A stretch of DNA of 64,000 nucleotides, from positions 496,001 through 560,000 of the forward strand of contig JABVCE010000003.1 in NCBI GenBank assembly GCA_014905635.1, in the 5' to 3' direction. Both the position numbers and the translations under genes were made by a program. The notes under the pieces were generated by a model that worked only from the letters and a program-made list of their open reading frames with translations, was not told where the DNA came from and searched no databases. Of the stretch, positions 27,460-39,834 are shown one piece after another (the first letter of the stretch is position 1; each line of letters opens with the position of its first letter). This DNA is from Scenedesmus sp. PABB004 (lineage: Eukaryota).

Positions 27460-28954
27460 ATGTCGACCGCGACGGGCGAGCGGCTCGCGCGGCTGCACGC
27501 CGCGCGCGAGCTGCTGTACAGCCTGCCGGTCGACACGCTGCACGAGCTGCCGGGCCGGCCCAACGTGATCTACTGCATCAAGGACTACCGCGCCGACAAG
27601 GTCGCCGGCGCGGCCGAGGCGCGCAGCGACATGCCCTTCCTGTTCAAGGCCTTTGAGACGGGCCAGATCGGGCCGCGCCGCCTCTCGCGCCTCGCCGGCG
27701 ACAAGCCGCGCAACGCGACGATCCACGAGTACCTCGACTGGACCGTCACCGGCGTGGAGGCAAAGCACGAGGGGGAGTACGTGAGTAGCGCCCCCGCGCG
27801 GCGCCGCCGCCGCGGCGGCGCGGGCGCAGCGCGGGCGCGCGGCGCGCAGCGCGCGGCGCGCGCTCACGGGCCGCCGCGCCGCGCCGCGCCGCACTGCCGC
27901 CGCGGGCCAGGACTTTTCGGGCTTCCGCATCCTCGTGCTGCTGCCGCGCGACCGCATCATGTGGCCCGCGCCGGGGCAGTTTGACAAGTCGGAGCCGCGG
28001 CGGCACCCGCTGCTCGGCGCGCCGCGCGACCCGCTGCCGCGGCTGCAGGTCAAGGGCAAGCCGCTCTCCGCGGCGACCATCCGCACGGGGCCGGGGTACA
28101 TCGAGGTGCCGTTCGTCGCGACGCACGAGAACAAGCGGGGGCGGGGCTTCGGGCGGTGCGTGGTCGAGGCGGTGGAGGAGGTCGCGCGCGCGCTGGGCGT
28201 GGGCCGCCTGCTGCTCTGCTCCACGCGCGAGGAGAGCGTCTCCGCGACGTGGCGCCACCTCGGCTTCAAGGAGACGAGCGAGCAGCAGCTCGCGGTGTGG
28301 GACGTGGAGGACAGCGACCTGGTGCACATGCAGAACACGCTGCAGATGCACAAGTCGGTGCCGCCGCCGCGCGCGTGGCGGCCGCTCGTCATCCGGCACC
28401 AGGCGTTCGTCGCGCGCGTCTACATGCCCGCTGACCGCCAGGCGCTCTCGGGGCGCAGCCAGGCGCTGCGCCCGGGGCGGCACGACATGGGCGCGACGTC
28501 CATGGGCTGGCGCAGCAGCCGCGCGACGAGCGCCGTCACCGGCGGCAGCCTCAGCAACGCGAGCTACGGCGGCGACGACGACGACGAGCAGCAGGGCGGG
28601 CAGCAGCAGCAGCAGCAGCAGCAGCACGGCGCGCCGCCGGGCGGCGGCGCCGGCCGCGGCGGCCCGCTGCTGCTGGCCAACGGCGGCGCGGCGCCGCAGC
28701 CGGCGGCGCGGCCGGGTGCGGAGGTGCAGCAGCAGGCGGTGGAGCGGGTGGACGATGACGTGATGCTCATCGACCAGCGCGGGCCCAGCGACCAGCCGGA
28801 CTACCTGATGGGCGCCGGCGCGAGCCTGCTCGGCGGCGGCGGCGAGGCGGTGCTGCTGCCGCAGCTCGGCCCCGGCGGCGGCGGCGAGGCGGTGCTGCTG
28901 CCGCAGGCCGGCGGCGGCCTGCTCGGCGGCGGGATGCAGCCGGGCCTGGGCTGA
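27460..28954 (+). CDS. GNAT acetyltransferase-domain protein resembling the IDM1/ROS4 C-terminal domain
   Basis: EY|DFSGFRILVL (intron 27781-27910), PLSAATIR, IEVPFVATHENKRGRGFGRCVVEAVEEVARALGV (motif A, R-x-x-G-x-G) and TWRHLGF. Low-complexity Q/G tail. Upstream exons are possible. Confidence 0.75.
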
Positions 28955-29491
28955 GCGGCCGCGCGGCGCGGCGCGGCGCGGCGCGGCATGCCGCTAGGCA
29001 GGCAGGCAGGCCGGCAGCAGCTGGGCGGGGCCCTGGGCAGCGGCAGCCGCTGCGGCGTGTGTACATTGCCGGCACTTCATTGCTGACCCCGGACCCCGGA
29101 CTGCACAGCAGGTGTAGGCGGTCGGAGCGCGCTGCGGGCGGCGGCGCGTGCCTAGCACAGGCACCAGGACTAGGAAGCAGGGAGGGAGGGGGCAGGCAAT
29201 TGGCGCGGTGGGGCGCAGTGGGACGCGGTGGGGCGGCCGCGACGCTCCGCCGCGTGGCGGCTGGCTGCCGCTGGGGGCGCGCCCGCGCGCTCGGGCAAAC
29301 CCCTCTCGTTGCCTTGCCGCTCCACCGCCGCGCCCGCGCCCGCCGCCGGGGCCAGCTTATTCGCGCGCGTGCGCGCCCACGCATCTGAGTCGGGCCGAGG
29401 TCACGCGCCGCCGCGAACAGCCCGCGCGCTGGCAGCCACGCGCGCCGGCGCCGCGCAGCTCACGCTCGAGCTCTCCCGCGCAGCCGCGCGC

Positions 29492-31488
29492 TCAGGCGCT
29501 GCTCGCCTGCGCGCCGCCCTGGCCGGCGCTCGCGCCGCCGCCCAGCGCGGCGGCCAGGCCCTGGAGGCGCTGCGCGAGCCTCGGGTCCTTGCCGAGCAGC
29601 TCCAGGACGCTGCCGGGCTTGCCGCCGCCCGCCAGCAGGCCGGCGAGGCTGTCGCGCAGGCCGCCGGCCGCGCCGCTCAGCTGGTCCAGGCTGCCGTCCA
29701 GCTTGACCGCAACGGGCTGGCCCGCGCCCTGGCGCGCGCGCGCCAGCAGCGTGCGCAGCGGGCGCTCGGCGCTGAGCTCCTCGGCCGCGGCGGCCGCCGC
29801 GGCGGCGGCCTTGCCCTGGCCCACGTCGGCGCCGGCGCCGGCCGACATGAGCTTAGCGGCGGTCTTGGCGAAGATGCCGTCGAAGAGGGTCGTCATGTTC
29901 ACGCCCGCCGCCAGCGCCTGCTGCAAGTTGCCTGCGCGGCGCGGCGCGCGGCGCGCGCGGCCAGCGCGTGAGAGGGGCGCGCGGCGGCAGCGCTGTCAGC
30001 TGACTGCGGCCGCGGCAGCCGCCCGCGCCGTGCGCGCGCGCGCGCGCGCTTGCCCTTGAAGTCGAGGCCCTGCAGCGCCTCTGCGCGCTTCTCGGGGTCC
30101 AGCCAGTGCTCCGAGGCCGAGGTGTGCACGCGCAGCGCCTCGCGCTTGACCGCGAGGCTGGCCTCGAGGCCGCACGTGATGGCGTCGCTGGCCGCCTGCA
30201 GGCGCTCCGAGCTGCGCGCGCCGGCGCAGGGCGGGGCGCGCGGCGGGTGTCGGTCGCAGCCGGCCGCGTGGCGCGCGGGGAGCGGCGCGCGCATGGCGGC
30301 CCTCGCGCCCCTCTCCCTCGCGCGCGCGGCGCGCGCACATGCTGAACGGCTGGTACGTCAGGCTGCTCTCGACGGTGACCTGCTTCATCGCGTTGGCCAC
30401 CACCTCGGCCACGCCCGGCGGCACGAACGAGAGCCGCGCCGCCTTGCCGTGGGCGAGCGGGAAGAGCGCCTTGTACCACGCCGCGCCGCGCCCGGGGCCC
30501 GCGGCGCCGTTGTCGCCGCCGTCGCTCGCGTTGGCGGGCGCCGCGCCGGCGGCGTCGGCCGTCGCGGCGAAGAACGCGGCCGGGTCGAGCAGCGTGATGG
30601 TGGTCTTGGACTCCACGCCGTAGCGCCGCGTCACGCGGCACTCCTGCGCGCCGGGGCGGGCGGGGATGGCGTGGGGGCATGGTGGGCGCGAGCGCTGGCG
30701 CGGCGGCGCGGGCGCGGCGGCCCCGCGCCTCGGTCGTCGCCGCCGCCGCGGACACGAAGCGGCTGCGGTAGCGCGGCGCGGTGGTGGCCACGGTCAGCGC
30801 AGGCCGCGTGCAGGTCAGGTTGTACGCCAGCGTGAGCGGCGACGCGGCGCGAATGAGGGTGCAGCCGCCGGCGGTGTAAGAGATGGACCCGCCGGCGCCT
30901 GCGCGCACCGGGCCGGCGCGCGCAGTCAGCTTACGCGGTGCGGCGCGGCGGCGTCGGCCCCCCCGCCAGGCCTCGCCGCGCACCTGCGATGCTGGCGGGC
31001 TTTGCGGTCGGCGGCTTGAAGCTCGCGGGCTCGCACTCGGCGCCCCGCAGCGCGCGCAGCGCCGCGATCGCGCCGTTGCCGTCCTCCAGGGCCTTGCGCA
31101 GCTCCTTGGTGTTGTCCAGCAGCAGGCCGTAGAAGGCGGTCAGCGTCTTCTCGCTCGCGCCGCGCACGGCGTCGATGCCGGCCAGCAGGTTGCTCGCGCT
31201 CGCGCTCGCGTGCAGCGGGCTGGCGAGGCTCTCGTACGCCTCGGGCGTCACGCCGGCCTTCTTCAGCAGCGCGCCCATGCGCTCGTGCACGCCCTCCAGG
31301 CGGGCGTCGAGCTTGGCGCGCAGTGCCTCGGCGCCGCCCGTGGCCGCCTTGGCCGCCGCCGCGCGGAGCGGCGACGCAGCGGCGGTGGCGCCGCTGGTGG
31401 CGGTGACATCTTGCGCGCGCGTGGAGCAGGCGAGGAGCAAGAGCAGCGCTGTGGCCAGGGCGAGGCGCGGGGGGTGGGAGCGCGCCAT
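29492..31488 (-). CDS. Secreted protein of unknown function (multi-exon)
   Basis: Signal peptide MARSHPPRLALATALLLLLACSTRAQ, a helical region, a Cys-containing beta-rich segment (ECEPASFKPP, SISYTAGGCTL, YNLTCTRP) and coding-like downstream exons. Exon structure approximate. Confidence 0.65.
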
Positions 31489-31923
31489 CTCTGCTGCGAG
31501 AGCCGGGCTGGCGGGCGCGCGGTGGGCCGGCAGCGCGGGAGCGAGTGCCGGGGGAGCGATGCACGGCCGGGGGAGGTCTCGGGCAAGCGCAGCGCGGGTT
31601 TTCCTTGGCACACGCGGTCGTCGAGCGCCCGAGGCTGGCCGACCCTCTATACTAGGGCCGTCGCGACCGGGAAGGCGTTTAATCGCAGACTCAGAAGCCC
31701 GTGAGCTCGCTGTCGGGCCGCGGGGCGCTGGCAGGGCGCGGCGGCGGCGCGGCGGCGGCGCGAGCGGCTCCGTCCAGCGGCGCCGCTTGCAGGCGTTGCC
31801 CGGTCCCCAGGCCCCCCGAGCCGGGTTCGCCCGCCCCCGTACGTCATCCCCCCGACGCCATGGTCACGCGGCCGGCACGAATGCGTGCGGCCGGCTGTCA
31901 GCAACGGCCCGCGCCGGCGTCTC

Positions 31924-33544
31924 TCAGCCGAGCACGCGCGCGCCGAGCGCGACCAGCGCGTAGATCAGGCCGGCGAGCAGGATGACGTCGATGATGAGGA
32001 TGGGCGTCGCGAGCGGCGCGCGCCACGCGGGGACCATGCCCTTGGCCAGCATGTCGGCGGCCATGTCGAGCACGCTGCGCTCGAGCGGGATGTAGCTGGT
32101 CAGCCCCAGCTCGGCCGCGGCCTTGTCGGTGCAGATGAGCGGCTTCTTGCGGAACGTCGCGCGGCTGATGTTGCGCGGCAGGCCGAGCATGGGCCCAAAC
32201 ACGAGCAGCGGCACCAGCGGCGGCTTGAGCGGCGGCAGCCAGCGCCGCGGGTAGGCCTTGGCCAGGATGCGCGCCGCCGCGGGCATGACGTAGGTGGACT
32301 CGGCGTTGAGCAGATACCGCCCGCCCGCGCGCGGCAGCACCGCGGCGAGGCAGTGCGCGGCCGCGACGTCGCGCACGTCGACGACGCCGACGCCGAGCGG
32401 CGGCGCCCACGGCCAGAGCGCGCCGGAGAGGAGGTCGATCATCTGGCCCACGCTCTCGCCGTCGGTGCGGCTGCCCGTGGGCGGGCCCCAGATCGCGCCG
32501 GGGTTAATCGACGCGAGGCTCCACCGCCCGCCCGCCTCGGCGTGCATCGCGTACGCGCGCTGCTCCGCGCGCGTCTTGGCGTAAAAGTAGGGGTACGCCG
32601 TCGGCGTCGCGGTCGCGTTCCAGTCGTCCTCGCTGAACACGTGCCCCCGCCCGCGCTCGTGCGGGTCGCCCCAGACCGACACGGTCGACGCGGTCAGCAC
32701 GACGCGGCTGACGCGCGGCGCCGCGTTGACCGCGTTGAGCACGTTCTCAGTGCCAAAGATGGCCGGCCGGATCATCAGCGCCTCCTCCTTGCCTGCGGGG
32801 CAGGGCCGGGGCGGGGCGGGGCGGGGCGGGCGGGGCGGCGGCCCCTCGGCGGCGCGCGCCGGCGGGCGGCGGGCGGCCAGGCCCGCGCGGCGGCCGCGCG
32901 CGGCCCCGCCGCCGCCGCGGCGCACCCGCGGGCACGTCGAGCGCGTAGGGCGAGGCGGTGTGGATGACGACGTCGCAGCCGGCGACGGCCTCGTCAAAGG
33001 CGCCGGGCGTGAGGAGGTCGGCCTGGAACAGCTTGAGCCGCTCGGCCGCGCCCGGCATCGCGCGCAGGTGCGCCGTGCCCGCCGAGCTGCCGGGGTGCCG
33101 CGCTGTGCCGTGCACCGTGTGCCCCGCCGCGAGGAGGCGCTTGATGATGTGCCTGGGCCAGCGGCGAGCGTGGCGGCTGCGTGTCAGCGGCAGCCCAGCC
33201 GCCGCCCGCCGCGGGCAGCGCCAACCGCCCAACCGCTGCGGCTTTGGCGCCGCACGCCGCGCACGGGCCCTGCGCAGCGCCGGGAGCTGCCGGGGGATCG
33301 CGCTGACGCTGCGGCGCCGGGCAGCCAGGCCGGGCACCGCGCGGCCGGGCCGCGGCGGGCGCTGGCAGCGGCGCCCGCCGCTGCCGCGGGCCGCTCCGGC
33401 GCCGCCGGGCGGCCGGCGCCCGGCGCGGCGCGGCCAAGCGCGACTGCACACTCACCCGGCGAGGTACCCCGTCGCGCCGGTCACGCAGACGACCAGGGGC
33501 GACGCCTTCTGCTCCGCCGCGTAGAGCGGCGGGACGAGCTCCAT
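31924..33544 (-). CDS. Extended SDR, NAD(P)-dependent epimerase/dehydratase (dihydroflavonol/cinnamoyl-CoA reductase-like) with hydrophobic C-terminus
   Basis: VCVTGATGYLA|GHIIKRLL, LKLFQADLL, VIHTASP, RVVLTAS, catalytic YFYAK, INPGAIWGP, VDVRDVAAAH. Tail ILIIDVILLAGLIYALVALG. Confidence 0.92.
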
Positions 33545-33979
33545 GGCCGCGACGCGCCGCCCGGGCGCTTGCGTGTGGGTTGCTTAGAGGCTAGCACAGC
33601 GACGTGGCGGTCGCGGGGATCGTTTCCGGCGCCCCAGCGGGCGCACGGGCCGGCGCGGCTGGACTCGGTCGCGCGCGCGGCGCGGGCGTGCTCAGGTCAA
33701 CGCGCGTGCGGTGCAGTTGTCTGTGTGCGTGAACAGCAGCAACGCGATGGACGGCGCGCGACGGGCGGGCCCGAGCGAGCTCTGCGGGTGCGCGGCCTGG
33801 GGCTCAGGCCTGGAGGCCTTTACGCGCCTGGGCGTGTGCTTTCAGCGCGTCCACGTCGACTACAGCATCGCCCGGGCGTCGCGTGCGGGCGTCGCTGTGC
33901 AGCAGGGCCGGCCCGCCACAGCACATCGCCGCGCGGCGCCCACCACCCGCCGCATGCACGCCGCCTGATCGACGACGCC

Positions 33980-36978
33980 ATGGGCCTGCCGCCGGGGAGC
34001 TCCTCCCAGGAGGGCCTGGCCTGGCTGGCCAGCGGCGCGGGCGAGGGCGCCGACCGGGCGCAGCAGCAGGCGGGCCTCCTGGCGCACGTCTTCGCGCTGG
34101 AGCCCGCCTGCGTGCCCCACGCGGACGACGGCCTCGACCTCCCCGCCCTGAGCGCCGCCGTGGCCGCCGCGGCGGAGCGCGCGCGCGCGGGCGCCGCATC
34201 AACCCCCGCCGCCGCCGCTGCTGCGCCCGCCGCGGGCGCGGGCGCGGGCGCGGGCAGCAGCGCCGCGGCGGCGGGCGGCGGCGCCGCGCCGGACCCGGCG
34301 GCGCCTCCCGCGGCGCCGCCCGGGCGCGTCGGCCCGCGCGACGTGACCATCGACCCGGGCAGCGTGTGCGGCAGCTTTGCGTACGGCGGCGCCGACGGGC
34401 TGCAGCTGGAGAGCCTGGGCAACTTCAGCTCCTGCCGCGCCAACACCGCCGTGTACGCGGGCAAGTGGATGTACGAGGCCACCGTGCTCACGCCGGGCAT
34501 CCAGCAGGCGCGGCCGGGGGCCTGCTGCGTTCGGGCGCGGCGCGCGCGCATTGCGCCCCGCGACGCGGCGGCCCGCCGTGGCGGCTGCGCGCAGATCGGC
34601 TGGGCCACGCTGCACTGCCCCTTCACCGCCGAGGAGGGCGTCGGCGACGCGCCGGACAGCTACGCGGTGGACGGCAAGCGCCAGCGGTGCGCGCGGCGCG
34701 GCCGGGCCCCGGCCGCCGGCCTCCGCGCCGCCGCCGCCGACCGGCTCCGCCACCAATTCCGCCGCCGCCGACTGACTCCGCCGCCGCGGTGGCGGGCGCA
34801 GGAAGTGGAGCGTGAAGCCGCAGCCCTACGGCGAGCCCTGGGTGCAGGGCGACGTCATGGGTGTCGCGCTCGACCTCGACGCGGGGAGCCTCACCTTTTA
34901 CCGCAACGGCGCCTCGCTCGGCCTCGCCTACGACGCCGTGCGCACGCTGCAGCCCAGCCTCGCCTACTTCCCCGCCGTCAGCCTCAGCCACACGGAGCGC
35001 TGCGCGCTCAACTTTGGCGGCCGGCCGTTCGTGTATCCGGTGCCGGGGTACGCGCCGCTGCAGGCGCCGCCGCCGGCCGGCGACGCGGCGGCGGCAGAGT
35101 ACTACGCGTCCTGCCTCGCGCGCCTCGCGGCCGCTGCGGCGGCGCGGCGCGAGGCGCCCGCGGGCGACGCCGGCGCCGGCGGCGGCGGCGCGCGCGCCGG
35201 CAAGCTGGGCGAGGAGGAGCTGCTGCCGCCGGGCCTCGCCGCGGCGGCGGGCTCGCCGTCGTCGGCCGCGGCCGCGGCCGCTGCGGCGGCGGGGCGCCTG
35301 GGCGGGCTGGGCTTCTCGCCCCGCACGTCGGGCAGCGGCTGGGCGCCGCCGGTCGCGGCGCTGTCGAGCGGCGACGTCGTGCTGCTCGCGGCGCTCGTGG
35401 CGGAGCCGCTCGAGCCGCTGCTCGCGCGCCAGCCGTACCTCGTGGCGTCGGCGCTGCTGCCGGCGCTGGCGGAGCTGCAGGCCGAGTCGGAGGGCGAGCC
35501 CGGCGGCGCGCCGCGCGCGCTGCACCTCGCGCTCACGCTGCTGCGCCTGGTCTGGCCGGAGGCGAGCTTCGCGCGCGTGATGCTGGCGCTGCTGGAGTAC
35601 CTGGCGTTCCGGTGCCAGGTCTCGCCGCTGCTGGCGGCCGAGTTCCCCAACACCGCCGGCTACCCGCACCTCTCGCTCGCCGTGGGCCTGCTCGGGCACG
35701 CGCCCGTGCGGCGGCTGTTTGTGGCGCACCCTGACTGGGCCGCCGTGCTCGAGGGCCTGCTCGCGCGCAAGTCGCCGAGCCCCAAGGACCTGCAGGCGCT
35801 GCTGCCGCACGTCTGGTGGCGCGGCTGCCGCGACGAGACAGCGAGCGAGGAGCGGCTGCGCGCGAGCGTGAGCGTCATCACAGCCACGCTCACAAAGGTG
35901 ACCCGCGCACGCACGCACGGCGGGGGCCGTGCCCGCGCTGCTGCTGCTGCTGCTGCGGCGGCGGCGGCGGCGCGCGCGCGCTGCGCTCACGCTCCGCCGC
36001 GCCGCGCCCCGCGCCCCGGCCCCAGGTGGAGCAGCGGCAGTATGAGCTGCTCGAGCTGCTGCTCGGCACGGCCTGGGGCGGCGCCGGCGGCGACGCCGGC
36101 GGCGCGCCGGCGTGCGGCAGCGGCGACGACTGCGCGCTGCTGGTCTTCCTGCGCGGCCTGCTGCAGAAGAACCGCGGCGCGCTGCGCGACGTGCCGCCGC
36201 CGGGGCTGAGCGAGCCGACGGTGCTGATGAGCACCTTCTTCGGCCTGCTGCGCCTGCTGCAGCCGGCGCTCGCGGCCGCGGCGGCGGGGCGCGGCCCGCT
36301 GTCGGCGTTCCCCGCGGCCGAGGTCTTTGCGGGCAGCGGCCCCGCTGCGGAGGGGCTGCCCGTGTTTGACGCGCCCCGCCTCGGCGGCGTCGTGAGCCAC
36401 CTGGCGCGCGAGCACCCGGTCGGGCCGCGCGAGCAGCGCCCCGTGCCCGTGGCGCCGCAGGACGGCGGCGGCGGCGGCGGCGGCCAGGCGGCGCAGGCGG
36501 CGGCGCCGGCGGCGGCGCGCGCGCTGCGCGACGCGTGGGTGCCCGAGCTGCTCAACACCTGCCTGCTGCTCTACTGCTGGCGCGTGGGGTTCAGCTACAA
36601 GATGATCCACAGCCTCAGCAGCAGCGTCGCGAGCAGCGGCGCGACGCTCGCCGAGCTCGACCGCATGGTCGCCGCGCAGGCCGACGGCGGCGGCGAGCCG
36701 CCGGGCGCGGCGTCGTGGCTCGCCGGCACGCGGCGCGTCTACCAGGATGAGCTCTCGCGCGACGTGCGCCTGCTCACGCTGCTGCGCGCCGCGTTCTTCA
36801 GCCCCGGCAAGCAGGCGCGCCTCGGCGCGCTCGCGAGCTACCTCGCCGCGCTACTCGGCGCGGTCGCGGCGCTGCCGCCGCCAGAGGCGCCGCTGGAGCA
36901 GCAGCGGCCGGCGCAGCAGCTGGAGCTGCAGCAACCGCAGCAGGAGCCGCAGCAGCAGGGGCAGCCGGCGCCAGCGCC

Positions 36979-37046
<68 letters not shown>

Positions 37047-39273
37047 CGCAGGCGCAGGCGCAGGCGCAGCGGGCGCCCGCGGCGCGGGAGGCGCCCGAGC
37101 ACCCAGAGCTGAGCAACCTGCTGCGCTACGTCCCCGTCGTGTACGTCGACCTGCCGCTCGACTTCCTCACCGCGCTGCGCCGCACAGACGACGCGCCGCC
37201 GGGCGACGACGGCGACGCGGTGCGGCCGCGCGGCGCCGCGGGCGCGGCCCCGGCGCACGTGCGCGCGCGCCGGCGGCGGCGCGCGCGCCCCAGCCCGACG
37301 CCTCTCGCGCCGCCGCCGCCGCCGCCGCCGCCGTCGCCGCCGCCAGCCCGCGAGCGCGGCGTGCTTTGTGTCGTGGCTGTGCGGCAGCCTGAACGACCCG
37401 CGCATCGCCAACCCAGACGTGCAGGAGAGCGTGCTGCAGGTCCGGCGTCGGCCCGGGCAGCAGCAGCGGCCGCGCCGGCGAGGCCGCCGGGGCGCGCGCG
37501 GCGCAGGCGCTGCTGCCCGCGCGTCACCGCGCCTGCGCCCGCCGTGGCCGCGCCGCGCAGGTCGTCGGCCTGCTGCTGGACAGCGCTGGCTGGCGGCGCG
37601 TCGTGGAGGCGCGCCCCGCGCGCGCGGCGCAGCTGGTGGCATCGCTGCTGGCCGTGTTTGACAGCCGCCTGTGGCACCCCGCGACCGGCGTGCTGCTCAA
37701 GTGCGCGCCAGCTTTGGGACGGGCCGCGCGCGCGCGCGCGCGCTCCGGCCCGCCGCTCACGCACCACCGCCGCCGCCGCCGCTGCCGCCGCTGCTCGCGC
37801 GCCGCCGCCGCTCGCCAGGGTGATCAAGGACAGCGGCTTCGGCCACGCGCCGCCGCCCGCGCCGCTGCCGCCGGGCAGCCTGCAGTGCGTGCTGCTCGGC
37901 GCCCTCGACGGCCCGCCCGCGCCCGCCGCGGCGGCCAGCGGGCCCGGCGGCGGCGCCGCCGCGCGCGCGCGGGGCTTCCTGAACCGCCTGTTCAACACGG
38001 TCAACTGGACGCTAACCGAGTTCACCGTCGCGGTGGGCGACCTGCACGGCCTACGCGGGCGGCGCAGCATCCTGGAGGCGCAGAACCAGTTCCGCCGCAC
38101 CGGGCTCATGTACGAGCTCAGCGTCAACTTCATGCGCCTCATGGAGTTTGTGGTGGTGCGGCCCGGGCGGGCAGCGGCGCCGGCGGCCGCGCGGCGCCGT
38201 CGCCGCGGCGGAGGAGGCGCTCACCCCGCCGCCGCCACGCCGCCGCCGCCGCCGCCGCGCAGCCGACGCGCGCGTTCCTGGGCAGCGCCGTCAACCGGTC
38301 GCGCCTGCGCGAGCTGCTGGCGTTTGTGCTGTCGCACTTCACCAACGGCCCCGACGCGCGCCGCCTCAACGACCTGCTGCAGGCCAGCACGCCGCCGGGC
38401 GGCGCCGGCGCCGGCACCAGCGTCGGCGCGGCCGCGGGGCCGGGCGGGCCCGACGGCCGGCCCGGCCTCGCGGCGGCCGTGCCCGCGTACGCGAGCTCGG
38501 CGATGGCGTTTGAGAGCAACAGCCTGAGCGAGCGCGTGCAGAAGCCCGCGCTGCTGGCGCCGCTGATGGGCATCCTGCTCGCGCTGTGGGACGTGCACAC
38601 CGCCGCCGAGGCGGCGGGCGACCCCGGCGCCGGCGCGAGCCTGCCGCCGCGCGGCGCGCTGCTCGGAGAGCTCGCCGACATGGCCGGCGACGGCCTGCTC
38701 GCGTCGCTGCGCTTCCTGCGCGACCTCGACTGGAGCGCCGCGTTCCCCGGCACGCCGCTGTCGGGCCGCCTGCGCGCGTTTGGGCAGCTGCTCGACGCCG
38801 TCGCGGCCGCGCGCGCCGCGCGCGACGCCGGCGGCGCGGGCGCGCTGCCGGACGACGTGCCCGACGAGTTCAGCGACCCCATCACCGCGGAGCTCATGCG
38901 CGACCCCGTGGTGCTGCCAGACTCGCAGATCACGGTCGACAGGTGAGGAGGGGTGGTGCGGGGAGGGGTGAGGGGCGGAGCGGCAGAGCGCGCGGTCGGC
39001 GCCAGGGCGCCGGCGGCGGGCAGCGGCCGGGCCGGTGTTGGCCGCCGACCAGCCGCCGACCCGCCGCCGCGGCTGCGCCCCCGCCCGCGGCGCAGGAGCA
39101 CGATCGAGCGGCACCTGCTGTCGTCCGAGACCGACCCGTTCAGCCGCGCGCCGCTCACGGCGGAGCAGCTCGTGCCGGACGCCGCGCTCGCGGCGCGCAT
39201 CGAGGCGTGGCTCGCGCAGGCGCAGGCGCAGGCGCAGCAGGCGGCGGGGCGGGCGGGCGAGCCGAGCTCATGA
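33980..39273 (+). CDS. SPRY-domain E3/E4 ubiquitin ligase (RKP/KPC1/RNF123-like) ending in a U-box
   Basis: SPRY: FSSCRANTAVYAGKWMYE, GIQQ|IGWAT, GVGDAPDSYAVDG, PWVQGDVMGVALDLDAG, YFPAVSL, NFGGRPFVYP. Central FLNRLFNTVNWTLTEF. U-box: VPDEFSDPITAELMRDPVVLP..TVDR|STIERHLLSSETDPFSRAPL. Confidence 0.9.
36983..37044 (+). repeat. (CAG)n coding microsatellite, polyglutamine
   Basis: Uninterrupted CAG run in frame within the SPRY/U-box gene. Confidence 0.9.
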
Positions 39274-39300
39274 GGGAGCGCGTGCGAGCCGGGCTCGAGG

Positions 39301-39305
39301 TTACA
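39301..39305 (-). terminator. TGTAA polyadenylation signal (probably the DUF627/629-like gene)
   Basis: TTACA on the + strand, about 530 bp past the minus-strand stop at 39835. Confidence 0.45.
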
Positions 39306-39834
39306 CCGCCGCCGGCCGGCCCTGTCAAATTGGTTGGACCTCGCGCGCCGCCGCGCCAGCAACAACATCAAGATGTGGGGGTGTGCGTGATGGCCGCTCC
39401 CCCCCCCCCCCCCCCGCCGCACGGCCGCAGCGACAGCCCAACGCACCACCACATACAGATCACGATCGTCAGCTGCCCGCAGTCGCTGAAAAGCACAGCA
39501 TGGGGCAGGCGCGCACTCTCAGTCTAGCTACAACCAACTCGGCAGCGTGCAGGGACCTGCACAGCTGCCTCACAGATCCGCTGCGCGGCCGCCGCCCCGC
39601 AGCACGCGCGGCGCGCGCCGTGTGCGCTGCGGGGCGGCCAGCCTTAGCGGCGCCGCCCCCCGCGCAGGCGCGAAAAAGAACTGTGCGGCGCCGTGGCGCG
39701 GAGCGCGCTCGCAAGTGCGCACCCGCCGCCGCCGGCCGCCGCGCGTGTCCCAGCCCAACAACAACGGCCCTGCCGCGCCCACGTCTTCAAAAGCCACGGT
39801 GCCCCCGCCCCGCATGCCTGCGCGCTCGCACGCA

